Shown: in pieces, positions 39,268-49,342 of the stretch
How positions within the stretch are numbered: the stretch's first letter is position 1
How the letters are laid out: each line of letters begins with the position of its first letter
Assembly (NCBI GenBank): GCA_048939995.1
Contig: JBHLOY010000002.1
Span: 160,001-224,000, forward strand
Reading direction: 5' to 3'
Length of the DNA: 64,000 nucleotides
DNA from: Promethearchaeota archaeon
GTDB taxonomy: Archaea; Asgardarchaeota; Lokiarchaeia; Sigyniarchaeales; SOKP01
Notes under the pieces: model-generated
What the model saw: only the letters and a program-made list of their open reading frames with translations
The model's database searches: none
What the model was told of the DNA's origin: nothing
Translations under genes and position numbers: made by a program

Positions 39268-40440
39268 TTAAACCATATTAATGAACTTACCTGATTTAAA
39301 CAAATCGCAAGGCGTGAGATAAGGTTTCCCTAACTTTTTGGATGTTTTTTCTAATATTTCTGTTAATTCTTTGAAGTTGTTTACTGCATTAGCCATAGGT
39401 CCGGGAAAGTTCATTCCTGCTAATATAGCCTCATCAATTACTTTCCAACTTTTAACAATTCCTTCTTCTAATATTCTACAACCTTCATTAGCATTAATTG
39501 CTTCAAAAATTCGATGATCGACTAACCCAGCTTTTTTGGACAAGTCAGGTTGAGGCCGACCCTTTGACCAATCATAAAAACCTTTACCTGTTTTTTTACC
39601 CAGTAAACCCTCATTATATTGCATAGTTAGTACTTTACCAGGTTGAAAATCAGGAGAAAGTTTCTCAGCATAATACAATCCGGCATGATATGCAATATCC
39701 CTTCCAGTAAAATCTGCTAATGTTAATCTAGACATTGGTGTGTTTGGAGATGATAAATCCGCATCGACCTGTTCCCAAGGTATTCCTTTTTCATATGCCA
39801 AATCAATAATGTAATTAGAATATATATTAGCCGGCGCAAGTACTCTATTTACAATAAACCCAGGACGATCCTTCAATACACAGGCCACAAATCTATCCCC
39901 TCTAAGGCAAGGTAAGTTTTTAGAAACCTCAATTCCAATATCCATCGTCTCTTCTGAAGATTTATCTCCTTTTATCACCTCGATCAATCGCATTAAAGGT
40001 GCAGGATTGAAAAAATGCATTCCTATTACATTTTCAGGCTTATCACATTTTTTAGCAATTTCTGTGATACTAATTGAGGATGTATTAGAAGCAAAAATAC
40101 AATGATCGGGAGAATTTTTAATAACATCCTTACATAAGTTTTGTTTAATATCCAGTTTCTCGACAACAGCTTCAATTACTAAGTCTGCATCTTTTACAGC
40201 TTTGATTAATTCTTTTTCTACTTTTAATTTTTTCATTAAATCTGTTGCTGTTAAACCTCTAGGCAATTTCCCTTTAGTTTCTAACTTCTCTAAACCAATT
40301 CTATTGTATTCTAAGCCTTGTTCAATTACTTCGTCAATTATATCAACTGCTATTACGTTATAACCTCCCAGTAAGCAAACTTGGGAAATACCTTTTCCCA
40401 TATCCCCAAAACCAAGCATCACAACATTTTTTACACTCAA
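39268..40440 (-). CDS. 3-hydroxyacyl-CoA dehydrogenase
   Basis: GFGDMGKGI, LVIEAVVE, ASNTSS, GMHFFNP, PGFIVNR, GKKTGKGFY; duplicated C-terminal domain; TTG start. Confidence 0.92.
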   Translation of the reverse strand: MSVKNVVMLGFGDMGKGISQVCLLGGYNVIAVDIIDEVIEQGLEYNRIGLEKLETKGKLPRGLTATDLMKKLKVEKELIKAVKDADLVIEAVVEKLDIKQNLCKDVIKNSPDHCIFASNTSSISITEIAKKCDKPENVIGMHFFNPAPLMRLIEVIKGDKSSEETMDIGIEVSKNLPCLRGDRFVACVLKDRPGFIVNRVLAPANIYSNYIIDLAYEKGIPWEQVDADLSSPNTPMSRLTLADFTGRDIAYHAGLYYAEKLSPDFQPGKVLTMQYNEGLLGKKTGKGFYDWSKGRPQPDLSKKAGLVDHRIFEAINANEGCRILEEGIVKSWKVIDEAILAGMNFPGPMANAVNNFKELTEILEKTSKKLGKPYLTPCDLFKSGKFINMV

Positions 40441-40595
40441 TTTTTTTCACGTTTATCATAATAAAAATAATGTGTAATATTGGAGAATAGATGTTAAAAA
40501 TCTTTTTAAAAAACTTTTCAAATTAGCAAGAAGTTGGTTAACTGGTTAATCTTTAAACGTAAGAAATAAAAATTATAACTAATATTAAATCTCAA

Positions 40596-41498
40596 ATGCC
40601 ATATAACAAAGTACCTGAACCAGTTGAAGGATTAAAATTCATTGATACTCATTGTCATCTTCCATTTCCCCGGTCTAAAAAGAGTGATAGGTTGCCATCA
40701 GATGAGCAACAATATCTTGATTATTTCAAAATGGGAGGATTATATCTAATAACTAGTTCAATAGATAATATTACACTTAATTTAATTCTAGATTTTGTTA
40801 AGGATAAAATGAATATAGGATTTACATGCGGTTGGGCACCTCAAACAGTTACCTACACTTCAAAAGCAAAATATGAGAACGAATGGAATAAATGGACTGA
40901 ATTTGTAAAGAAAAATCAAGAAAGATATATTGCTATAGGAGAAATTGGCTTAGATTTCCACCATGCACGAGAATTAGCAAAAAGAGAGGAACAGGTCAGA
41001 GAATTAAGAAAAATTTTCGAATTAACTGAATCATTTGAAAAGCCTTACGTCCTTCACGTTAGAAATGCTGCGGAACATGAATATGATAGAGAACATCCTA
41101 AACATAGGTATAATAAAAAAGATGGGGCTACTAAAGAAATCTTAAATATTATTAGAGAATTTAAATTGAATCCAAAGAAGATTCTTTGGCATTGCTTTTC
41201 TGGTCCGGATGAGTATGGAACTTTATTAGCTAAACAAGGATATACATTATCAGTTCCAAGCTCTGCTTATAGTAGCAAAAGATGGAGATGTGTGACTCAA
41301 AATGCTCCTTTAGAAGCTTTAGTAACTGAAACAGACAGTTATTTTCAACACCCTTATCTTAGGGGTCCTGTAAATGTCCCGTCGAATGCAAGATATTCTA
41401 TAGCTGCCATTGCTCATTCTCATAATGTATCGCAAAATTTAGTCAGTGAAATAACTATTTCAAATGCAAAAAGTTTTTTCACTATAGAATTTGGTTAA
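40596..41498 (+). CDS. TatD-family hydrolase
   Basis: IDTHCHL, IGEIGLDF, LHVRNA, WHCFSG, TETDS. Confidence 0.9.
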   Translation: MPYNKVPEPVEGLKFIDTHCHLPFPRSKKSDRLPSDEQQYLDYFKMGGLYLITSSIDNITLNLILDFVKDKMNIGFTCGWAPQTVTYTSKAKYENEWNKWTEFVKKNQERYIAIGEIGLDFHHARELAKREEQVRELRKIFELTESFEKPYVLHVRNAAEHEYDREHPKHRYNKKDGATKEILNIIREFKLNPKKILWHCFSGPDEYGTLLAKQGYTLSVPSSAYSSKRWRCVTQNAPLEALVTETDSYFQHPYLRGPVNVPSNARYSIAAIAHSHNVSQNLVSEITISNAKSFFTIEFG

Positions 41499-41585
41499 AA
41501 ACGCCTATTTTAGATAATTTAAAAACACAGCACAAAATTTGTCTGGATTTAATTATATTTCAAGATAAAAACATAATTGAGAAAT

Positions 41586-42099
41586 ATGAAAATTTGATTA
41601 CATATTCTAGTCAATCAGGAAATACAGAAAAAATAGCTAAAGCAATAAAGGATGGATTGCATAATCAAGATATTGAACTTAAAACTATTAATGAGACAAA
41701 CCCCAATGGGTTTATAAACTACAATTTAGTGTTTCTTGGTTCTGGAGTTTATGCAAGCAGAGAATATACCTCAGTTTTTAACTTGATGAAAAGAATCTCA
41801 AGATTCCCCCCCATTTTATCTATTTTTGTACCAACGCTAGTCCAAGATTTTATCAAACTCCATTTGAAAAAGTAACAAAAATTCTGGAAAAAAATGATTG
41901 TAACATTATAGGAGAATTTGATTGTATAGGGGAAAATAAAGTTATGTCTTTAGAAACAAGAATGGAGATGATAAAAAGGTTACCAACAGAAGAACAAGAA
42001 AAAGCATTGAAAGATATAAAATTAGCAGAAGGTCGACCCAATCAAATTGATACTGAGAATGCGAAAAAGTTTGCGGTATCAATATTAGACAGTTTTTAA
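41586..42099 (+). pseudogene. flavodoxin-like gene with two single-base frameshifts
   Basis: ATG AAA AT/TTG ATT lacks one base near 41593; then ITYSSQSGNTEKIAKAI..LVFLGSGVY; a shift in the C7 run at 41806-41812 continues as HFIYFCTNAS..IIGEFDCIG..GRPNQIDTENAKKFA* (TAA 42097-42099). Confidence 0.8.
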
Positions 42100-42213
42100 T
42101 GAAAGATTATGATTTCCGTTATTAAATGATTATTTTTAAAATTTTTCATAATAATTAGACTAAATTTTATTTAAATATTAAGTAACAATTGATTTCCATA
42201 ATATAACCATAAA

Positions 42214-43452
42214 ATGGTGAAATTATTGAGAAAGAATGTCAAAGTATTAATTATCGCTTTAGTAGCCATACTTGGTGGTGGAGCAATAGCTTTTATTGTC
42301 ACTGGTTTTGCAACTTCTGGTACAATTAGTAATTCATTTACGTTTCATTATCAGAACCCTCCATTAGCAATAGAGGATCTAAACTTAAATGTGGATCTTG
42401 GAAGTCTAGATATAAAATATAATACTACAAATACTCCTTATATTGTTGAAATTGATGTAGATTTAACAATTTCAGGACTCTATATGACTGGTAGGCAATA
42501 TACCGATTTCTTCATACCTGCTTCTGAATGGTGGCAAAATACAACCTCTCCTTTAAATTTTGATATGGAGATAATTCAAGAAATCTGGTTTAACCCCGCA
42601 TTTTGGTTTAAATTATACGATATTAATGTAACTGTGACCCTTAGAACTGACGTTGTTTATGATATTAGTGGTTTAACTGGAACTGGATCGATTGAAATGA
42701 CAGTTCCTGATGATATTTCATTAAAAAATATTACTCTTTCCTCTGGTACGGGTTCAGTGTTGTTAAGCACTTCCAATAATGTGGAAATTGACGGAGATGT
42801 TGATTTAAAGAGTGGTACGGGAACTATTGGATTAGTAAGTAGTAGTGCCAATATCACAGGTACATTAATAGCAGAATCAGGTACGGGCAGTACATCAATA
42901 GATTTAGCAAATTCTAATTTGGGGGGTGATATTTCCTTAGGAGCAGGTACAGGCAATGTGGTCTTTTTGGTGAGGAAAACGATTTGTTTAGGAGGTTTAA
43001 CAGGAAATACGGGCACTGGAAGTGTCACTGTAAATTTTACAAACTCTGTTCTTGGAAAGAATATTGTTCTTGGTACTGGAACCGGAAAGATTGATATTAA
43101 GACATATAATATGAGTTACCTTGATAATAGTGCATGGACAATGTCCACAGGTACTGGTGAAATACATCTTCAGATTACACAACATGCAAGTATGAATGCA
43201 AATGTAACAGGTACACTAACGACTGGAACTGGAAAAATAGCCATCATCTATAGAGATAATAGTCCACTTATTGGCGCAAGCTTTTTTGGAGATACCGGTA
43301 CAGGCAATTTTATTCGTACTAATACTTTTGGTTTTGAACCAGAGACGTATAACCCTTGGAATTCTGAGGATTATGATTCTGCCACTTCGAAGTACGACTT
43401 TTCTGCTTCAACAGGTACTGGTAATATTGAAATCGAAGGGTTGAGTCTATAA
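42214..43452 (+). CDS. membrane-anchored DUF4097/adhesin-like beta-solenoid protein with (S/T)GTG repeats
   Basis: N-terminal TM helix; about 11 copies of (S/T/A)GTG, many at ~21-22-aa spacing; many N-x-S/T sequons; homologous to the 58945 and 63685 genes. Confidence 0.75.
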   Translation: MVKLLRKNVKVLIIALVAILGGGAIAFIVTGFATSGTISNSFTFHYQNPPLAIEDLNLNVDLGSLDIKYNTTNTPYIVEIDVDLTISGLYMTGRQYTDFFIPASEWWQNTTSPLNFDMEIIQEIWFNPAFWFKLYDINVTVTLRTDVVYDISGLTGTGSIEMTVPDDISLKNITLSSGTGSVLLSTSNNVEIDGDVDLKSGTGTIGLVSSSANITGTLIAESGTGSTSIDLANSNLGGDISLGAGTGNVVFLVRKTICLGGLTGNTGTGSVTVNFTNSVLGKNIVLGTGTGKIDIKTYNMSYLDNSAWTMSTGTGEIHLQITQHASMNANVTGTLTTGTGKIAIIYRDNSPLIGASFFGDTGTGNFIRTNTFGFEPETYNPWNSEDYDSATSKYDFSASTGTGNIEIEGLSL

Positions 43453-43489
43453 AATCTTCTTTATTTTTTTTTTTATAAAAAAAAAATTT

Positions 43490-44206
43490 TTACCAGCAAT
43501 ACATATCATATGTTGGTTTATCGCTTAGTTCTCCATCTTTAATCCAAATATTTTTCCCTAGAGGATGTTCACCAACTACTTGGGCAATACGAGGGTCATG
43601 AGTAACGATTATAATTGTTTTACTTTCCTCTTCTGCTAATTTAATTAATAGTTGCATGATGGACTTACCCGTTTCTGAATCTAAATTACCAGTTGGTTCA
43701 TCAGCTAAAATCACTTTTGGGTCATTAATTAAGGCACGAGCTATTGCTACTCTTTGAGATTCACCCCCTGATAATTTTCCGACTTTACTATGCGTTCTAT
43801 CTCCTAAACCCACCAGATTTAGTAAGTCTTGAGCACGTTCGCGGTCTTTATCCTTAATCCCATATGGAATTAAAGGGATAAGTACATTATTAATAACATC
43901 TACATTAGGCAATAAGTAAAAGCTTTGAAAAACAAACCCAATAGTCTCTTTACGGTAACGTGATAACTTACGTTCTGGCAACCTCCCTATATCTATTTCA
44001 TCAACTAAAACCTCTCCTGACGTAGGTTTATCCATAGCACCTAAAATATTCAATAAAGTGCTTTTACCACTTCCACTAGGTCCCATAACAGTGAAGATTC
44101 TTCCTCTTTCTATTTCTAAGTCTACCTGATTAAGAGCCTTAATTTCAGTTCTTTCCTCTCCATAAATTTTACTAACATTATTCAATTTAATAAGTGATAT
44201 ACTCAT
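43490..44206 (-). CDS. ABC transporter ATP-binding protein (LolD/MacB type)
   Basis: GPSGSGKST, IGFVFQ, LSGGESQRVAIARAL, ILADEPTGNLD, VTHD. Confidence 0.95.
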   Translation of the reverse strand: MSISLIKLNNVSKIYGEERTEIKALNQVDLEIERGRIFTVMGPSGSGKSTLLNILGAMDKPTSGEVLVDEIDIGRLPERKLSRYRKETIGFVFQSFYLLPNVDVINNVLIPLIPYGIKDKDRERAQDLLNLVGLGDRTHSKVGKLSGGESQRVAIARALINDPKVILADEPTGNLDSETGKSIMQLLIKLAEEESKTIIIVTHDPRIAQVVGEHPLGKNIWIKDGELSDKPTYDMYCW

Positions 44207-44214
44207 TCACCCCA

Positions 44215-45459
44215 CTATTCTCCTTTTAAAACCACTACTGGTCTAACTCTTGATGCTTTAATACCAGGATATAATCCTCCTAAAATTCCCAAACCTAAAG
44301 CATAAGCAATAACTTCCAAAACTCCTTCTAAGGTGACTATTGCTGAGGCTCCTCCAAATGGACTTGCACCACTTCCTAGAAGTAGAATTAGAATACTTCC
44401 AATACCCATTCCAATTAATGCCCCTAACAACCCCAAAGTAAGCGACTCATAAATTACATTCAAAAATATGTGTCGATTTTTCCACCCAGTTGATTTTAAT
44501 ATCGCAAATTCCTTCATACGGGCTGTAACTGACATAAGTTGTGTAACTATAATAGCCATCCCCCCCGCAAGCACCGTTATTATACCAATAATACCTGCAA
44601 AAGCATCAAAAACAGCAAATGTCTCTTCTATCGATTCGAAAAATGTAGAAAGCGCAATAGCGTTGATGAAAGTAGGCGAATATCCTCCTCCCTCTGAATA
44701 ATTATTGATCAGATCTGCAAAACTTTCAGTTTCTTCCGTAGTTTCGACATTAAACCTCAAATGGATTGAGCTATACTTTCCTGTCTCTTCTCCAGATAAA
44801 GCTAAGAAAGTCCAGACAGTTTGAATATCCGTATAAATATAATATTCCCTTGGGACAAAATCAGGAGCACCTATATCCTCTTCTTCATAAATGCCGACGA
44901 TAGTTAGGGTGGTGGTATTTATTTGACCTGGATCAAGGCTTATTGTTATTTTTGCTCCAATAGACACAGAAAGTTGAGCCACATCCAATAAACGATTATC
45001 AATTATAGCCTCGTTATTTCCAATAGTAAATACTCTCCCCTGCAATAATTTTGTACTTGGACCACCCCAATTTTGATCTAAGGTTGTATTTAAGCCTTTT
45101 AAAGTTAGAGTATCTGCCAAATTATTTAGTGGTGGGGATCCAGAATAGTTTGAAGTATAATAACGAGGTGCCTGAATTTCAATGTTATATTTTGTTATGA
45201 AGGCTCCTACGTCTGGAGTGCTATATAATTCATCAGGTAAACTTAAGGGCAAATGACTATTGGCACGCCCCTCAACGTCCTTTTCAATAATTTCTACTAC
45301 ACCAATAGTTTTTGACAGATTATCTTGAAATTGGGCACTGACTCCCGCTGTGAATGCTCCAATAACAAATACAAGTAATAAACCAAAACCAACACCGACA
45401 CTAGCCAAAATTGCAGTTCCCTTCTTTCTGAAAGCATTTTTTATACTAAATCTTAGCAT
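44215..45459 (-). CDS. ABC transporter permease (FtsX/MacB type)
   Basis: N-terminal TM, extracytoplasmic domain, then MSVTARMKEFAILKSTGW and YPGIKASRVRPV. Confidence 0.9.
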   Translation of the reverse strand: MLRFSIKNAFRKKGTAILASVGVGFGLLLVFVIGAFTAGVSAQFQDNLSKTIGVVEIIEKDVEGRANSHLPLSLPDELYSTPDVGAFITKYNIEIQAPRYYTSNYSGSPPLNNLADTLTLKGLNTTLDQNWGGPSTKLLQGRVFTIGNNEAIIDNRLLDVAQLSVSIGAKITISLDPGQINTTTLTIVGIYEEEDIGAPDFVPREYYIYTDIQTVWTFLALSGEETGKYSSIHLRFNVETTEETESFADLINNYSEGGGYSPTFINAIALSTFFESIEETFAVFDAFAGIIGIITVLAGGMAIIVTQLMSVTARMKEFAILKSTGWKNRHIFLNVIYESLTLGLLGALIGMGIGSILILLLGSGASPFGGASAIVTLEGVLEVIAYALGLGILGGLYPGIKASRVRPVVVLKGE

Positions 45460-45690
45460 TACAACTCCACATCAAAAAGTTATATACACTAAATCATCTT
45501 TAGTTGAATAGTAATTTATTTAGGGAAATACGCTTCTTATTATTTCTCCTTTTGATCTATAAATTAAATTCAATCTTGATCCATCTAAAAGCTAGATTCC
45601 ATCTTTACGCTGAAACAAATAACAATCATGTTATTCGACTAAACCTGAGTATTTTTATCTTTTATTCATAAGAATAAAAAAGAAAAAAAT

Positions 45691-46191
45691 TTAGAATTTT
45701 GAACCACAGTAAGAGCAAAACACTGCAGATTCTTTTACTTTAGCTGTACCACAGTTTGGGCAATATTTTACGTTTCCTGCTGAGGGCTGACTTTGTCCAC
45801 CTTTTACTACTTCAGTATGAACCATCTCACCCGTAGATGATGAAAATTTACCGCGTAAAAGACCTCTCGACTTTAGATCTAATACAATTGCTTGCACATC
45901 TTTTATAGTAATTCCTGTTTTTGTACTAATTTGTTCTATGGTTGCAGAAGGATTTTCTTCGTATTCATACAAGACAGCTTTCCTTAACTTATCTTTATTA
46001 ACCCAGATAGTTATTTGTCCTATTATTATTGCAGCAGCAATCCCTAACCAGACGATTCCAAACCAATTGAATAGTTGTCCTTGAAGCGGTCTTATCAAAA
46101 CATCATTTATACCCCAATAAATAAATATTCCTGCAATAATTAGAGCACATATACTAATGCCAGCGGAATATTGGTTTTTTTCATACCTCAT
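45691..46191 (-). CDS. two-TM protein with winged-helix/PCI-like domain and C-terminal zinc ribbon
   Basis: Two TM helices, then ATIEQISTKTGITIKDVQAIVLDLKSRGLLRGKF (wHTH-like), then YCPNCG..FCSYCG. Confidence 0.7.
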   Translation of the reverse strand: MRYEKNQYSAGISICALIIAGIFIYWGINDVLIRPLQGQLFNWFGIVWLGIAAAIIIGQITIWVNKDKLRKAVLYEYEENPSATIEQISTKTGITIKDVQAIVLDLKSRGLLRGKFSSSTGEMVHTEVVKGGQSQPSAGNVKYCPNCGTAKVKESAVFCSYCGSKF

Positions 46192-46241
46192 TGTAATTTC
46201 TCTTTAAAATTTTGTTATGTAATAATATTAAAAAAATGCAT

Positions 46242-47615
46242 TCAATCATCTAGCTCAAGCCACCATTCTCCTTGATACTTTCCTTTATAATTTCCTCCTT
46301 TAAAAAAGGGGCTTTTTGCCATTTTATATCTTAGAAATATACCATTATGATCTTTTACTTGTGAGAGCAAGTCCTTTTTAGTTATATTTGTATTAAAATT
46401 CTGTATAACAGTTTCAGCAAAATTAATTTCATCGAATCTACCTGTTCTAACGGGAGGACCCCATTTTGATGGTCCATAACAACCAGCACACGGGACATTA
46501 ACTTTAATACATAAAGATCCACATCCCGCATTAGTAACTGGTCCCAAGCAAACATAGCCTTGTTCTAAAAGACAATCTTCTTCATTCGGTAGGCCTTCGT
46601 AGTCTCGTTTAACTCTTGTAAGTTGAGCTCTATCTCTGATTCTAGAACAAGTATCACAAACTGTCGAGAAATTGTGCCAATCTGTAAGGAAATTCATATT
46701 TTTCGGAAATTGTGGTTTTCTTAAGATTTTGACAATTGCCTTTACAATATCTTCTGAACTTGAAGGCATTTCAGGTAGAACTGGTCCAACTTTTATTATA
46801 CTAGTAAGCATAGGAATATTTACGAATAAAGCAAAAAATTGACTTAAGATTCTTTTACTTTCGGAATTGAGACTTGCAAGATTTTTGCTCACTTCTTTCA
46901 ATTTCTCTATTCTAGTAGCGACTGTTTTAGAAGGTCCATGACAACCTACGCATGGAAACCCGTTATCAGGACATTTTTGAATACATCCCTTACTCGTTAT
47001 TGGTCCAAAGCATAGAGTTCCAGAATCAAGTATGCATTCAGTCTCATTTAAACTACATTCGGTACAGAAGGATAATTCTTCCATGGGAAAAGGTTTTTGG
47101 CCCAATAAATATAGTATATTACCCACCAAACGCTCCGTTCGAGGAGGACATCCCAGTATATACGCATCAACCTTAATGATTTCATCTGCACCTTTAAGAA
47201 ATTCTACATTTTCAGGTACATTGATAGTTGGAATTTTAGGATTTTCATCTGCTATGGATTCAGCTTCTATAAATTTTCGATGAAGTAATTCTTCTCTTGA
47301 CCAATTATTAGCTAAACCAAAGATTCCCCCCATACAAGCACAAGTACCAAAAGTTGTAATTATTTTGCATTTTGCTCTCATTAGTTGTAAATTCTCGACA
47401 TCTTTTACTGTTCGTGCAATACCTTCAATAAATCCAACATCTATTTCGCCATCTTTCCTCGCCTTTAAAGAATCGAGTTTATAGTCCAGTAATGCCGGCC
47501 AATAAACAATTTCTAATTCTGGTAAGATGGGTAATAATCCCAGATGTGCATTTAAAAGACTTTGGTGGCAACCCCAACAACTGGCTAATGCTATAAAAGC
47601 TATTTTAATTGACAT
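46242..47615 (-). CDS. MvhG/VhuG-like [NiFe]-hydrogenase small-subunit homolog with duplicated C-terminal Fe-S domain
   Basis: Probable ATG at 47615 (MSIKIAFIALASCWGCHQS); FIEG, FGTCACMGG, ILGCPP; two copies of C..C-...-C(I/L)L..G..C.GP.T..GC...C.....PC.GC.GP. Confidence 0.85.
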   Translation of the reverse strand: MSIKIAFIALASCWGCHQSLLNAHLGLLPILPELEIVYWPALLDYKLDSLKARKDGEIDVGFIEGIARTVKDVENLQLMRAKCKIITTFGTCACMGGIFGLANNWSREELLHRKFIEAESIADENPKIPTINVPENVEFLKGADEIIKVDAYILGCPPRTERLVGNILYLLGQKPFPMEELSFCTECSLNETECILDSGTLCFGPITSKGCIQKCPDNGFPCVGCHGPSKTVATRIEKLKEVSKNLASLNSESKRILSQFFALFVNIPMLTSIIKVGPVLPEMPSSSEDIVKAIVKILRKPQFPKNMNFLTDWHNFSTVCDTCSRIRDRAQLTRVKRDYEGLPNEEDCLLEQGYVCLGPVTNAGCGSLCIKVNVPCAGCYGPSKWGPPVRTGRFDEINFAETVIQNFNTNITKKDLLSQVKDHNGIFLRYKMAKSPFFKGGNYKGKYQGEWWLELDD

Positions 47616-47815
47616 TTTTTCAATTATTTGTAGTGTTAAGATATAAGCTAAAATTACGTATCCATATAAAAATCTATACATCAGTACTTCCAAATTTGTA
47701 AGCTTAAGAGAATAATTATTCAAATTGTATGATTGGATTTTAAAATTAGACTAAAACGTAGATTATTTTCGTAAATTATTAATATATATTTTCTTTTTAA
47801 AATGAGATGATTAAT

Positions 47816-48916
47816 ATGAGTGATGAAGATAAAATTTATAGAGAACTACAACAACATCTAGATGAATTACCAATAGGTTTTCCTGCCACAGAATCGGGAA
47901 TAGAAATACGTTTATTAAGACACTTTTTTTCTCCTGAAGAGGCAGCAATAGCAATGAAATTAAGTCGTAGGTTTGAACCTTTATCGGTGATTCATGAACG
48001 ATTGAAAGAAACTGGAATTTCAATTGAACAATTGGAAAAGTATTTAGATAGAATGGTGAGTAAAGGAGGGCTTCATGTAAAAAAGAATGGAGAGAAGTCC
48101 TATGCAAATGCAATGTTATCAATTGGTATGTATGAACATAAGGTAAACCAGTTTTCAGGTGAGTTCCTTGGTGATTTAGGTGGATATTTCATGGAGGAGT
48201 TTGGAAGAGAGTTTAGTCGTACTCAAATTCCCCAATTAAGAACGATTCCTATTGAAGAAAGTGTTTCTCGAGAACTTAATATTGCTCCTTATGATGAATT
48301 GGAGAAAATTATTCTTGGTTCCAAAGGTCCCTTTGCTGTACAGTATTGTGCATGTAGAACAACTAAGGAATTGATGGGTGATCCTTGTAAAACAACCTCC
48401 AGGAAAGAAACTTGTTTAACATTAGGTACAGAAGCACGAATGTACATTGATGAAGGATGGGCTCGAGAAGTAACTAGGGAAGAACTACTCGACATATTAC
48501 AACAAAATCAAGCTGATGGATTGGTCCTCCAACCAGGTAATTATTTAAACCCACAATTTTGGTGTAGTTGCTGTGGGTGTTGCTGTGGAATTTTGGGGAG
48601 GATAAAATTCCTTCCAAAACCCATTGATTTTTTTGCAACTAATTATCATGTTGTTATAGATTCTAGCACATGTACAGGGTGTGAAGCTTGCATTGAGCGT
48701 TGCCCAACTGGTGCATTGTCTATGGTAGAGAGCATTTCCTTGGTTAATTTAGATCAATGCATTGGTTGTGGACTATGTGTGCCAATTTGTTCCGAGGGAT
48801 CAATTCAACTAATAAAAAACGAGGAAGAAGTGATTCCTCCACAAACAAAAGAAGATTTACATGATAAGATTCTTGCGGAAAAAATTGAGCTAGTTCAAAA
48901 GGAGAAGGAGAAATAA
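47816..48916 (+). CDS. 4Fe-4S dicluster protein with N-terminal HTH-like region and CxCCxCCC motif
   Basis: YRELQQHLD..PIGFPATESG, CACR, ETCL, WCSCCGCCC, CTGCEACIERCP, CIGCGLCVPIC; start at 47807 or 47816. Confidence 0.8.
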   Translation: MSDEDKIYRELQQHLDELPIGFPATESGIEIRLLRHFFSPEEAAIAMKLSRRFEPLSVIHERLKETGISIEQLEKYLDRMVSKGGLHVKKNGEKSYANAMLSIGMYEHKVNQFSGEFLGDLGGYFMEEFGREFSRTQIPQLRTIPIEESVSRELNIAPYDELEKIILGSKGPFAVQYCACRTTKELMGDPCKTTSRKETCLTLGTEARMYIDEGWAREVTREELLDILQQNQADGLVLQPGNYLNPQFWCSCCGCCCGILGRIKFLPKPIDFFATNYHVVIDSSTCTGCEACIERCPTGALSMVESISLVNLDQCIGCGLCVPICSEGSIQLIKNEEEVIPPQTKEDLHDKILAEKIELVQKEKEK

Positions 48917-48931
48917 GAAATTCTTATTTTT

Positions 48932-49198
48932 TTATTTTCTATATTTTTTAATTAAAAAATCAGTTAATTTTAGGATCAAAAAGAAGCTAAGAGTCCAAAC
49001 GATGACATCAAACAAGAAGGTAAGCCATGATATTTCAATTGGAGCTCCTGGATATATGACTTGACTCAGCCAATAGATTGGATAACCCCATTGTTGGCTT
49101 CCTAATAAAGATCCAATTGGATTAGGGATGAAACCTAAAACAACATTTAGGATGATCCCACTTAAAACTGAAATGAGAATAGTTATTTTATTTTCCAT
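48932..49198 (-). CDS. small two-TM membrane protein
   Basis: 88 aa, two hydrophobic helices flanking WGYPIYWL. Confidence 0.65.
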   Translation of the reverse strand: MENKITILISVLSGIILNVVLGFIPNPIGSLLGSQQWGYPIYWLSQVIYPGAPIEISWLTFLFDVIVWTLSFFLILKLTDFLIKKYRK

Positions 49199-49342
49199 GA
49201 AATTATCAAAAATCCACTCTTTATAAGTTTTTTAGATAATCTTTTAAAATTAAAAAAAGACTAAAAAAATATTTAAAAGGCAATACCAAATAATTTTTAT
49301 AACGAAATTTATTAATTGAATTCTCAAAGCAGTGGAAAATTT

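Noticed and set aside
47616-47723. Hydrophobic N-terminal extension of the MvhG-like ORF as a membrane anchor
   Set aside because: Homology begins at MSIKIAF (ATG 47615); the extension runs through AT-rich divergent promoter DNA from a TTG and is probably not translated.
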